Part shown: piece by piece, positions 41,343 through 49,675 of the stretch | Position numbering within the stretch: the stretch's first letter is position 1 | Layout: the number at the start of each line of letters is the position of its first letter | Source: Deltaproteobacteria bacterium | GTDB taxonomy: Bacteria; Myxococcota; Kuafuiibacteriia; Kuafuiibacteriales; Kuafuiibacteriaceae | Direction: 5' to 3' | Length of the DNA: 64,000 bases | Assembly (NCBI GenBank): GCA_040218735.1 | Contig: JAVJQW010000041.1 | Location: 128,001 to 192,000, forward strand | The notes under the pieces: model-generated | Seen by the model: the letters and a program-made list of their open reading frames with translations, nothing else | What the model was told of the DNA's origin: nothing | Databases searched by the model: none | Translations under genes and position numbers: made by a program

Positions 41343-42865
41343 GGTCTCACTCCTCCACCGAGCCACTCTTCGATGATCGTGACTTGGTCCTCGCCCCAGC
41401 TGGGGCTGCGCGATTGCCTGGGCGGCATGTCACCGAACTCGATGACACGCGCGCGAATCTTGTCGGCGCGTTCGACCCACGCCTCGTAGGAATCGATCGT
41501 CGGCGCCGCCGGGTTGGCGCCGTCCGCGTGGCAGCTCGCGCAGTGCTCTTGGTAGATCGGGCGGACGTCTTCTTCGAACGTCCGGATCACCGCGGGCTCG
41601 CGCTTGAGCGCCAAGGTTCGTTGGGTGTCGCCGGCGGCGAGCGTCAGCTCGTGCCAGCCGAGGGACAGCGCGCCCGAGAACTCGAACCAGCCGTCCGTCA
41701 CGCGCGTCGCCGGCACGTCGGTGTCGCCGTCGGTGAGCGTGACCATCGTGGCGCCGTCGCTCGCTTGCACGCGGAGGGCGAAGGTCTCGTCGACGCTTCG
41801 GGTGCCGCTGCGGAGCCCCGCGATGCGCAGCATCGTGGCGGGGGCGTAGTGACAGACCTCGGCTTCGGTCGCGGTCCACAGGCCGCCGGAAGCGTGCGGG
41901 TGGAGGGCGCCCGTCGCGCCGGCGACCGCGAGGAACGTCTCGCCGTCGAAGCGGAGCACCTGACCGTCGACGACCACCCACGCGTAGGCGCCGGCCGTCG
42001 CGAGCGCCGTCGCGTCGCCGGCTTCGAAGCGGTACTCCGTCCAGGGTTCGGGGCCCACGAAGAGGTTGCCGTCGGCGAGGACCAGGACGCGGTCGCCGAG
42101 GAGCGCCGGGTCGTGGCCGGACTCGATCGCGGCGGGTCGGGTGAACGCGGCCGGCTGCAAGCGCCACAGCTCGAGGTCCTTGGTCTCGAACCACACGCCG
42201 TCGTCGATGCCCGCGCACTCGTTGTCGCGGGGGAGGAGGGCGGCGTCGGTCGCGAGCGCGTCCTCGAAGCCGGTCCACTCGATCCAGCTGTCGCCGTCGC
42301 GCTGGAACACGGCGCCGTTCGAGGTGATGAACGCCGAGGCGGTGGGGTCGCCGCAGAAGGAGGCGTCCGGGGCGAGCGCCATCGGCGCCGACACGACGGT
42401 GCGGTCACCTTCGACGACCGAGAACAGCTGGCCGTCCGCGAGCATCGACGCGGTCGTGGCGGACCAGGCGCGGACGACGCTGATGTCGGTCGCGGCGAGG
42501 CGGTAGGTGGAGACCTCGCCGATCGCCCAACCGTCGACGACGCGCACCGTGGCGGCTTCGGTCGTGCTGGTGGTGGCGAGCCAGAGGTGGCCCTCGGGGC
42601 TCACGTCGAGGATCTGTTCGGCGGCGCCGCGCGCAGCGCAGGTCGCCGTGGTCGTCAGGGCGCCGGGCGCCGAGACGGTGATCCAAGGGTCCGGCATGGG
42701 GTCGGGGTCGGGATCCGGATCGGGATCAGGGTCCGGATCGGGATCCGGGTCCATCACGTCGGGCGGCGGGGCGATGACGCCGGGGCAGCCGTAGGCGCCC
42801 GCGAGGACCAAGGTCAGGATGGTGATTTGCCCCCATCCGGGGCGGCGTTTCGTGACGATGCGCAC
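41339..42865 (-). CDS. Lipoprotein with a beta-propeller-like body and C-terminal cytochrome c domain
   Basis: Lipobox AYGC; (DP)n linker; TFEEDVRPIYQEHCASCH...GDMPP...IEEWL.GG. Confidence 0.8.
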   Translation of the reverse strand: MRIVTKRRPGWGQITILTLVLAGAYGCPGVIAPPPDVMDPDPDPDPDPDPDPDPDPMPDPWITVSAPGALTTTATCAARGAAEQILDVSPEGHLWLATTSTTEAATVRVVDGWAIGEVSTYRLAATDISVVRAWSATTASMLADGQLFSVVEGDRTVVSAPMALAPDASFCGDPTASAFITSNGAVFQRDGDSWIEWTGFEDALATDAALLPRDNECAGIDDGVWFETKDLELWRLQPAAFTRPAAIESGHDPALLGDRVLVLADGNLFVGPEPWTEYRFEAGDATALATAGAYAWVVVDGQVLRFDGETFLAVAGATGALHPHASGGLWTATEAEVCHYAPATMLRIAGLRSGTRSVDETFALRVQASDGATMVTLTDGDTDVPATRVTDGWFEFSGALSLGWHELTLAAGDTQRTLALKREPAVIRTFEEDVRPIYQEHCASCHADGANPAAPTIDSYEAWVERADKIRARVIEFGDMPPRQSRSPSWGEDQVTIIEEWLGGGVRP

Positions 42866-42876
42866 CTACTGAAACC

Positions 42877-42905
42877 AGTGGTCGGGCGTCGCCAAAACGG
42901 CCCAC
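42877..42905 (-). promoter_or_regulatory. Putative ECF-sigma target promoter, copy 1
   Basis: GTGGGCCGTTT-N13-CCACT on the minus strand, 11 nt before the GTG at 42865. Arms and spacing are identical to the copy at 48745-48773. Confidence 0.7.
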
Positions 42906-42956
42906 TCCACGTGCGGTTTTTTGGGGCTTTTTGTCCCGCCGACCCGCGGAGGCCGA

Positions 42957-45900
42957 TCAGGGCGTGAATTCGTGGTGTCCGATGTCCACGCGGCCGCCCT
43001 GGGGGCGCGCCGTGGCGAACCGATCGACCTCGGGCGCGCCGTCGGAGCGCCCGGCGTCACGCGCCGGGGAGCGGGCCGACAGGCGGGAGATCGAGCGTCG
43101 ATGTTCGAGGCCGTGCGCCTGGAACAGCGGCGGGAGGATGAGGTTTTCCCGCCCCTGGACCTCCGCCTCGTACGACACGAAGTCGGTCGACGTGTACCGC
43201 GGTCCGTCCTCGACGCGGACGTACGAGCCCCCCTCGCCGCGCTCGGCGGACTCGACGAACAGGAGGTTGTTCTCCAGCCGGCCCACCGCCATCACGGCGC
43301 CGCCGGAGCGCTCGAAGATTGCGGTCGGGTCGGCGGTCAGCGCGCCGTCCTCGCGGATGAGGACGATGTTGTTGAACAGCGCCGCGGCCCCCTGCGTCAC
43401 CCGGTCGAAGACGATGCCGCGTTTGTCGACGGAGCGGTCTTCGGCGTCGAGCGCCTCGACCTCGATGACGTTGTTCCACAGCTCGAGCGAGGAGACGCCC
43501 GTGGCGTAGAGCCCCACGAGGTCCACGCCGCGCGTGGCCGCGATGTAGTTGTTCGCGAGGTACGCGTCGTTGCCGCTCAGCACGATCAGGCGCGCACCGA
43601 CGGCGTCGATGTTCGGCACCGTGTTGAAGTTGCCGCGTCGCCCCGTGTTCACGCCGTTGCGCTCCAGCCGGAGCCCGCGCGACGCGAGCGGCGGCTCGAC
43701 GTAGGGGGCGAGGCCGTCGCGGATCGCCGAAACCCACGGGCGCACCGCGGGCGGGCACTCGAGCGGTACGGAGAGCACGCCGGTGCGGACTTCGCTCTGT
43801 TCGATCGTCACGTTCGTCGTGTCGACGGTCCAGATCCCCGGGACCGCCGGTGGAAGCACGCGGTCCTCGCCGTCCCACACGCCGCTCGACGCGCCGCCGA
43901 AGACGCCCGTGTCGCGCGTCGAGTTGCGGCCGTTGCGCGCGAGCGTCGCGGTGGACGTGCCGACGAGCAGGATCCCCGCGGCGACGTCTGCCCCCTCGCG
44001 CGTCGCGGGCTCCGCGTTGCAGTCGACGCCGGTCCACGCGTACGCGGAGCGGCCCGCGACGATCTGGCGGTTGTCGAGGATCGCGAGGCGTCGCGAGCCG
44101 CCGACGATGACGGTGCCGTCGCGGAGCACTTCACCGTCCGCGATACCGGCGGAGAATCGGTGACCCGACGGCTGCCACGTCGCGCCCACGATGTTGTTGT
44201 TCGAGATCTCCAAGTCGTCCGTCGCTCGGGTGCGAATCGCGACCGTGGTGTTCGCGGGATTGCCGTTGCGCGTGTACGCGGCGATGCGGGTGAGCCCGCG
44301 GATACGTCCGGTGGGGCGTCGACCGGCGCGCGCTTCGACGTAGATGCCGTACGCGCGTGCGTTCGCGCCGTAGGCTTCGACGTCGATCGTGTCGCCGAGG
44401 AGATCGATGTCGACGTTCCCGCGTGCGTGGATGCCGCGGCAAGTTCCGTTGCAGGAGAGGAGCTCGATCGAGCTGTCGTCGTTCCAGACGAGCTGCGCCG
44501 GGGCAGCCGTCTCCGCGGTCACGACGATCCCCGTCGCGCCGTTCTGGTTCCCCTCGGAGCGGACGTCGGTCCCGACGAGCCGAACGTTGGAGGCGATCGT
44601 CTCCGCGTCGATCGCCATACCTACGCTCCCGACCCCCGTCGGGAGCACGAGCTCGGCACCTTCGAAGCGCGGCGACGCATCGACGACGCGCACCAGCGTT
44701 CGTTCGCCGGTGCCGGTGAAGATGATGTTACGCAGCGTCGACGTGTACCCCGCGGCGAAGCGCAGCTCGCCGGTGTTGTTGAAGTGCAGGCGCGCGCGAG
44801 TGGTGTTCGGGTGGCCGCCGCCGCCGAACGCGGCGTTGGCGCCGACACCGACCGGCAAGGTCAACGGCGTGCCGCGGTTGAAGCGCCCGCCGGCGGCGAC
44901 GCACACGTCGCCGCCGGTGTTCTGCGCGCGGGTGATCGCGGGCCCCACGTTCGGGAGCGCATCGGCGACGGCGGGGCCCGTGCCGTCGCCGGTGCCGCCG
45001 ACGCGGACCCACGAGCAGTCCCGGACGATCACCCGCAAGGCCCGCGAGGTCTCCACGCCGTCGAAGCCGTCGCGCGCGAACAACGTGAGGTTGTAGGTCC
45101 CGGCGGGGAGGGCAGCGTCGAAGCGCATCTCCTCACCCTCGCAAGGTGCGTTGCAGGTGAGCCGGTCCGCGTCGGGGCCGCCCCAACGGATCGTGACCGG
45201 GTTGTCCGGGTCCGTCGGGACCACCGGACGCAGCCAGGTGCGGATGCCGGTGCTCGCGTGCACGATGATGCGGCCGCCGTCGAGCACGCCGCCCGCGAGC
45301 TCGGAGACCCTCGGGCGGGTGTTGCGCATCCGGACACGAATCGTGTCGGCGTGAACGCCGGCGATGCGCAGCTCGATGGTGTACTCGCAGTCGAGCTTGG
45401 CGGGGTCGTCGACGATCGCGACCGTGCGTTCGGTGGTGTCGATCGTGTCGCGCGGCTCGGTGAGGACGACGTCCGTCGGGCTGCAGGTGTCGTCGGGGAC
45501 GGCGCCGATGACGGCCCACTTGCGACCGAGCTCGAGCGTCGGCGGTGTCAACACGGCTTGCACGACGCGCGTGGTGCCGTGCTCGATGACGATGACGCCA
45601 TCGCCGTCCTGGAAGGATGCGGTGATGTGCGTGCACCCGTTGAAGTCGAGGTAGTCCGCGAAGCCGTTGCAGTCGTTGTCGATGCCGTCGTCGCAGATCT
45701 CCGTGCGTCCCGGGTGCTGCGTGATGTCGTTGTCGTTGCAGTCGTTGGGACCGAGCGGGCAGATCAGCGGCTCGAGGTCGTAGTCGACGGTGGAGTCGCA
45801 GTACCCGTCGCGATCGTCGTCGCAGCCGTTGTCGACGACGCCGTCGCAGTCGTCGTCGAGATCGTTACAGCGTTCGACGCGGGGCGCGAGCGGGATGCAG

Positions 45901-46097
45901 GTGTTCGCGACGTCGCCGACACACGCGGGGACCGAGCGCCGACAGATGCCCTCGCCGCACTCCAGATCGGGCTGCGTGGCGTCGCACACCACCGGGGGCG
46001 GTGGCGGAGGCGGCGGAGGATCACGTTCTTCGAGGAGCGCGCCGACGTCCTTGCCGGAGCACCCCGCGAGCAGGATGAGGATCAGCGCGCGCCTCAT
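42957..46097 (-). CDS. Large surface lipoprotein: Cys/Asp-rich putative metal-binding (MopE-like) repeats, beta-helix-like region, choice-of-anchor Q-like end
   Basis: Lipobox LAGC; poly-Pro; ERCNDLDDDCDG.VD; DCNDND...HPG..EICDDGIDNDCNG; C-terminal SPARDAG...RPQGGRVDIGHHE. Confidence 0.8.
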   Translation of the reverse strand: MRRALILILLAGCSGKDVGALLEERDPPPPPPPPPVVCDATQPDLECGEGICRRSVPACVGDVANTCIPLAPRVERCNDLDDDCDGVVDNGCDDDRDGYCDSTVDYDLEPLICPLGPNDCNDNDITQHPGRTEICDDGIDNDCNGFADYLDFNGCTHITASFQDGDGVIVIEHGTTRVVQAVLTPPTLELGRKWAVIGAVPDDTCSPTDVVLTEPRDTIDTTERTVAIVDDPAKLDCEYTIELRIAGVHADTIRVRMRNTRPRVSELAGGVLDGGRIIVHASTGIRTWLRPVVPTDPDNPVTIRWGGPDADRLTCNAPCEGEEMRFDAALPAGTYNLTLFARDGFDGVETSRALRVIVRDCSWVRVGGTGDGTGPAVADALPNVGPAITRAQNTGGDVCVAAGGRFNRGTPLTLPVGVGANAAFGGGGHPNTTRARLHFNNTGELRFAAGYTSTLRNIIFTGTGERTLVRVVDASPRFEGAELVLPTGVGSVGMAIDAETIASNVRLVGTDVRSEGNQNGATGIVVTAETAAPAQLVWNDDSSIELLSCNGTCRGIHARGNVDIDLLGDTIDVEAYGANARAYGIYVEARAGRRPTGRIRGLTRIAAYTRNGNPANTTVAIRTRATDDLEISNNNIVGATWQPSGHRFSAGIADGEVLRDGTVIVGGSRRLAILDNRQIVAGRSAYAWTGVDCNAEPATREGADVAAGILLVGTSTATLARNGRNSTRDTGVFGGASSGVWDGEDRVLPPAVPGIWTVDTTNVTIEQSEVRTGVLSVPLECPPAVRPWVSAIRDGLAPYVEPPLASRGLRLERNGVNTGRRGNFNTVPNIDAVGARLIVLSGNDAYLANNYIAATRGVDLVGLYATGVSSLELWNNVIEVEALDAEDRSVDKRGIVFDRVTQGAAALFNNIVLIREDGALTADPTAIFERSGGAVMAVGRLENNLLFVESAERGEGGSYVRVEDGPRYTSTDFVSYEAEVQGRENLILPPLFQAHGLEHRRSISRLSARSPARDAGRSDGAPEVDRFATARPQGGRVDIGHHEFTP

Positions 46098-47029
46098 GCG
46101 CCCCCCCAGCGAGCGTCCAACGCGAGCGCGCCGCCGAGCCACGCGCCGTACAGACCCGCGCGTTCGTCGCCGGCGTCGCCGAAGACACCCGACGCGGTGT
46201 ACCCGCCCTCGACTTCGAGCGCGACGCCCACGTCACCACCATAGCGGATCCGCCCGCCGATCCGCGGACCGAACCACGGCCCGCTTCCGGTGCGAGTGTC
46301 CACGTTGTCCGACTCGGTGCGCCCGGAGAGCCACGCCCATCCGCCGCGGAAGCCGATCGAGACCAGCCCGTCGAGGCGCGGCAGCAGCGCGCGGCGTCGC
46401 CCGACGACGAAGGCCGCCGAGACGAAACGCGTGCGCACGTCGCCGAGCGCGACCGTTCCGTCGGACTGCGAGAAGCCGCCGTCGACCGCGACGGTCCAGC
46501 CGTCGAAGTCCACCGCGACACGCCCTCGCGCGCCGAACGCAACCGGGGTTGCGCCGGGCATCACCCGCACCGTTGGCGCCGCGGCGATCGACAGGTCGAG
46601 GGGGCGCGCCACCGTCGCCGAGACCGGCGTCGAAACGACGCTCGGCGCCGGCGCTTCCGTGACGAACGCGCGGCGCCGCTCCACGATCGGCACGTCGTTC
46701 ACGAGCTCGACGATGTTCAGCGCGACGAGCCGCGCGCCGCCGCTCGCGCGGACGTCGTCGAGCGCGATGCGTCGCTCCGCGATGTCCTGCACGACGCGAT
46801 CGCCGAGCGCGCGATCGCTGGCGACGAAGATCCTGAGCAGCTCGGAGGTGCAAGCCGTCCTGACGACGAGCTCCGCGTCACCCTCGGTGAGGCGCGCGAC
46901 GCCGATTTCGATACCGACGAGGTCGTGGACGAGGTCGGGCGAGGGAACGCACTCCGCCAGGTCCAGGCGCACGGGACCGTCCGTCGCGCCGACGGCCAGC
47001 CACACCAGGAGCGCCTGGGTCGCGATCAT
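46094..47029 (-). CDS. Secreted protein with a C-terminal beta-barrel-like region, partner of FecR/ECF
   Basis: Signal peptide; N-terminal domain with 2 Cys; Gly/aromatic alternating strands; translationally coupled at both ends. Confidence 0.7.
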   Translation of the reverse strand: MIATQALLVWLAVGATDGPVRLDLAECVPSPDLVHDLVGIEIGVARLTEGDAELVVRTACTSELLRIFVASDRALGDRVVQDIAERRIALDDVRASGGARLVALNIVELVNDVPIVERRRAFVTEAPAPSVVSTPVSATVARPLDLSIAAAPTVRVMPGATPVAFGARGRVAVDFDGWTVAVDGGFSQSDGTVALGDVRTRFVSAAFVVGRRRALLPRLDGLVSIGFRGGWAWLSGRTESDNVDTRTGSGPWFGPRIGGRIRYGGDVGVALEVEGGYTASGVFGDAGDERAGLYGAWLGGALALDARWGGA

Positions 47030-48174
47030 CGCGCTCGCCCGGCCAGCCTCCTCATGCTCTTCACTTTACGGCCCTCCGGGTAGCGCGTCAGATACGTCGA
47101 CGCGCGGTCCTTCGCCTTGTCCCGCTCCCCCGCGAGCGCCCAGCACTCCGCTTCGTGGGCGAGGGCGTCCTCGGCGAGGGACCCGGTGGGGCCGAGCACG
47201 CGCGCCTTCGCAAAGGCCTCCGCCGCGCGGCGCGGCTCCTTGAGCTCGTTCTGCCAGAGGCGTCCGAGCGTGAAGGCCGCGACGAGCGCGCGCGGGTGGT
47301 TCGGGTGCCGGTCGACGACGATCTTCAGGTACCGCGCGGCGTCCCGCGGGTGCCCGGAGAGGCGCGCGACGTCGGCCGCGAGCATCAGGTCCTTGGTACC
47401 GCGCGGCGCGCGGGTGGTGCGGTCGAGGGCGTCGAACGCGTCGTCGAACTTTCCGTCCTCCGCGAGGGCGGTCCACCGCTCCTTCTTCTGCGTTTGTTTC
47501 TTCTTGCGCGCGCGCTTCCGACGTTTCTTCCGCTTCTTGGGTTCGGGCTCGGGCTCGACTTCGTCTTCGGCGGCTTCGTCGACGACGACGCGTCCCGCGA
47601 CGAAGGCCAGCTTCATGTCGCGGCCGAGCTCGTACCGGTTGTCGCCGGCGAACACGGCGACCCGGCCTTCGTGCACGGAGACGTCGACCTCGTCCTCGGG
47701 CCGCACGGCGACGGTGAACGAGGTGCCGATGACCTCCACGTACAGGTCCTGCGCGCGCACCCGGAACAGGCGCGTGTCGCTCGGGACGACCTCGAAGCGC
47801 GCTTCGCCGGCCGCGAGGCTCAGCTCGAGCAGATCTTCCTGCGACGCCTCCACGCGGACCTCGGTGCGCGGCTGCATCAGCGTCGCGTGGGAACCGTCCG
47901 CGAAGTAGACGACGCGCTGCTGCGGCGCGACCGGCTTCGGGTCCGTCGCGGCGATCGGCCTGGCGGGGACGACGATCGGGTCCGCGCCGGGGAGGCTCAT
48001 GACGACCGCGGCGACGAGCGCGACCGCCGCGACGCCGCCGGCGCCCATCTGACGACGGCGTCGACGAATGCGCCGCTGCTCGAACCGGTGAAGCGCGCGT
48101 GCGGTGTCGCGCTCCGAGGCGTCGACGACCAGAAGGTCGCGCGCGCCCGCGAGATCGCGCTCGAGGTCACGCAT
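47026..48174 (-). CDS. FecR-domain anti-sigma factor with TPR C-terminus
   Basis: TM helix; F.DGS...LAAGEARFEV...VEVIGTSFTV...VSVHEGRV; TPR-like end (YL.RYPEG). Confidence 0.85.
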   Translation of the reverse strand: MRDLERDLAGARDLLVVDASERDTARALHRFEQRRIRRRRRQMGAGGVAAVALVAAVVMSLPGADPIVVPARPIAATDPKPVAPQQRVVYFADGSHATLMQPRTEVRVEASQEDLLELSLAAGEARFEVVPSDTRLFRVRAQDLYVEVIGTSFTVAVRPEDEVDVSVHEGRVAVFAGDNRYELGRDMKLAFVAGRVVVDEAAEDEVEPEPEPKKRKKRRKRARKKKQTQKKERWTALAEDGKFDDAFDALDRTTRAPRGTKDLMLAADVARLSGHPRDAARYLKIVVDRHPNHPRALVAAFTLGRLWQNELKEPRRAAEAFAKARVLGPTGSLAEDALAHEAECWALAGERDKAKDRASTYLTRYPEGRKVKSMRRLAGRAR

Positions 48175-48730
48175 CGACGGCCGCCTGGATCCGGGCCTGC
48201 GCCGCGGCGAGGAGTCGCTTCACGGTGCTGAGCCCCATGTCGGTGAGTTTCGCGATGTCCTCCAGCTTCTCACCTTCGATGAAACGGAGGACCCAGACCA
48301 CCCGTGCTTTCGCGGGGAGGTCGTCGAGGGTCCGGTAGACCTGCAGAAGGAGCGTCGCGTGCTCCTGGCGAGGGTTGTGGAAGAAGGCGTCGAGGTCGAT
48401 CGGCTGGTCGAGGCCGAAGGTCGCCGCGAGCCGGAGGCGGCGCAGGCGCTTGATGGCGACCCGGACCGCGATGGACCGGACCCACCCCTTGGCGGCGCGA
48501 CGGTCCCGGAGCTTGCCGAAGCCGCGGTGCACTTCGAGGAAGACGTCTTGGACGAAGTCGTCGACCTCGCTCTTTCGACCGAGCATCCTGAGGCCGATCG
48601 TCGCCACGAGCCGGTGGTAGCGGCTGAAGCACTCCTCGAATGTCGCTGGCCCTTCATCCGGTGGCTCGACCGCCTGACCCTTCACCAGCCGCAGACCGAC
48701 GTCTTGGGAGCTGGGCTTGGTCGGAGGCAT
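48167..48730 (-). CDS. ECF RNA polymerase sigma factor
   Basis: DDFVQDVFL (region 2); W...IA; L..LP...R..WVLR..EG..LEDIA......STVKR.L (region 4). Confidence 0.93.
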   Translation of the reverse strand: MPPTKPSSQDVGLRLVKGQAVEPPDEGPATFEECFSRYHRLVATIGLRMLGRKSEVDDFVQDVFLEVHRGFGKLRDRRAAKGWVRSIAVRVAIKRLRRLRLAATFGLDQPIDLDAFFHNPRQEHATLLLQVYRTLDDLPAKARVVWVLRFIEGEKLEDIAKLTDMGLSTVKRLLAAAQARIQAAVDA

Positions 48731-48744
48731 CCCTCAACCAGCAT

Positions 48745-48773
48745 AGTGGGCCCGGCGTCCAGAAACGGCCCAC
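48745..48773 (-). promoter_or_regulatory. Putative ECF-sigma autoregulatory promoter, copy 2
   Basis: GTGGGCCGTTT-N13-CCACT, 14 nt before the sigma ATG at 48730. Confidence 0.7.
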
Positions 48774-48892
48774 GGAACCATCAAATTTTCGAGACGTGGT
48801 CCCCAGCCGTGATCCAACCCGGGACTTTGGGCGTGGGCCAGCGCACGAAAGAGAGAAATCACGCCCTCGCGACGTCTCTGTACAGGGATGAA

Positions 48893-49666
48893 ATGAAGAT
48901 GCCGATAGAACGGTCGATGAATGGGCACGTGATGTATCGGATCCCCGCCGAGCCCCCGCAGGCCCACGCTTTTGGCGGACGGTTGAAATCCCTGTCGCTC
49001 GCGGCTATCTACCGAACCTTGACCGGCGACCTCCCCATCCCGCGGCAGCCCTCGGTCAAGCCGCCCAACCTGTATGGGGACCACTACGGGGCCTGGGCCC
49101 AGGCGGCCCGACAGGCTCGCGCCGGCACTCAGCACCCGATCGACGAGCTCCTCGCCGAGCACCATCTGATGCGTCGGATGTTCGAGGCGATGCGCACCGA
49201 GGCCGTCGAGATCGCCCGGCGGCGCCCGATGAACCTCGACTTTTGGGCCAACGCCGTCGATGTCATCGGCAACTTTGCGCTCCTGATCCACTGGCGCAAG
49301 AAGGCCAACCACCTCTTCCCGCTCATCCGCGACCGCGGCTTCGCCGACCACCTCGCGAAGCTCGAAAAAGAGCAGGACCAGGACATCGCCAACACGCTCG
49401 AGCTCTGCGACGCCGTCCAAGACGGTGACCGCGAGAGCGTGGTGCGCCTCGTTTCGCTCTACACCGGCGCGAAGCAGCGCCACATGGAGCGCGAGGAGCA
49501 GACCGTGTTGCTCCCGTCCAAGGACGTGCTCACGCCCGAGGACGTCGCGACCCTCCGCGCCAAGTTCGACGAGGTCGACGAAGGCGCCATGCCCGGCGCC
49601 GGCCGCGCGCACTACTACGGCGTGGCCATCGACGTGATGAACCACGTCGGCATCGACCCGGACTGA
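48893..49666 (+). CDS. Hemerythrin-like domain protein with degenerate iron ligands; start uncertain
   Basis: PIDELLAEHHLM...HWRKKANHLFP...EKEQDQD...HMEREEQTVL. The true CDS is the 3' half of track ORF 48104..49666. Confidence 0.75.
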   Translation: MKMPIERSMNGHVMYRIPAEPPQAHAFGGRLKSLSLAAIYRTLTGDLPIPRQPSVKPPNLYGDHYGAWAQAARQARAGTQHPIDELLAEHHLMRRMFEAMRTEAVEIARRRPMNLDFWANAVDVIGNFALLIHWRKKANHLFPLIRDRGFADHLAKLEKEQDQDIANTLELCDAVQDGDRESVVRLVSLYTGAKQRHMEREEQTVLLPSKDVLTPEDVATLRAKFDEVDEGAMPGAGRAHYYGVAIDVMNHVGIDPD

Positions 49667-49675
49667 CGCTCTGAC

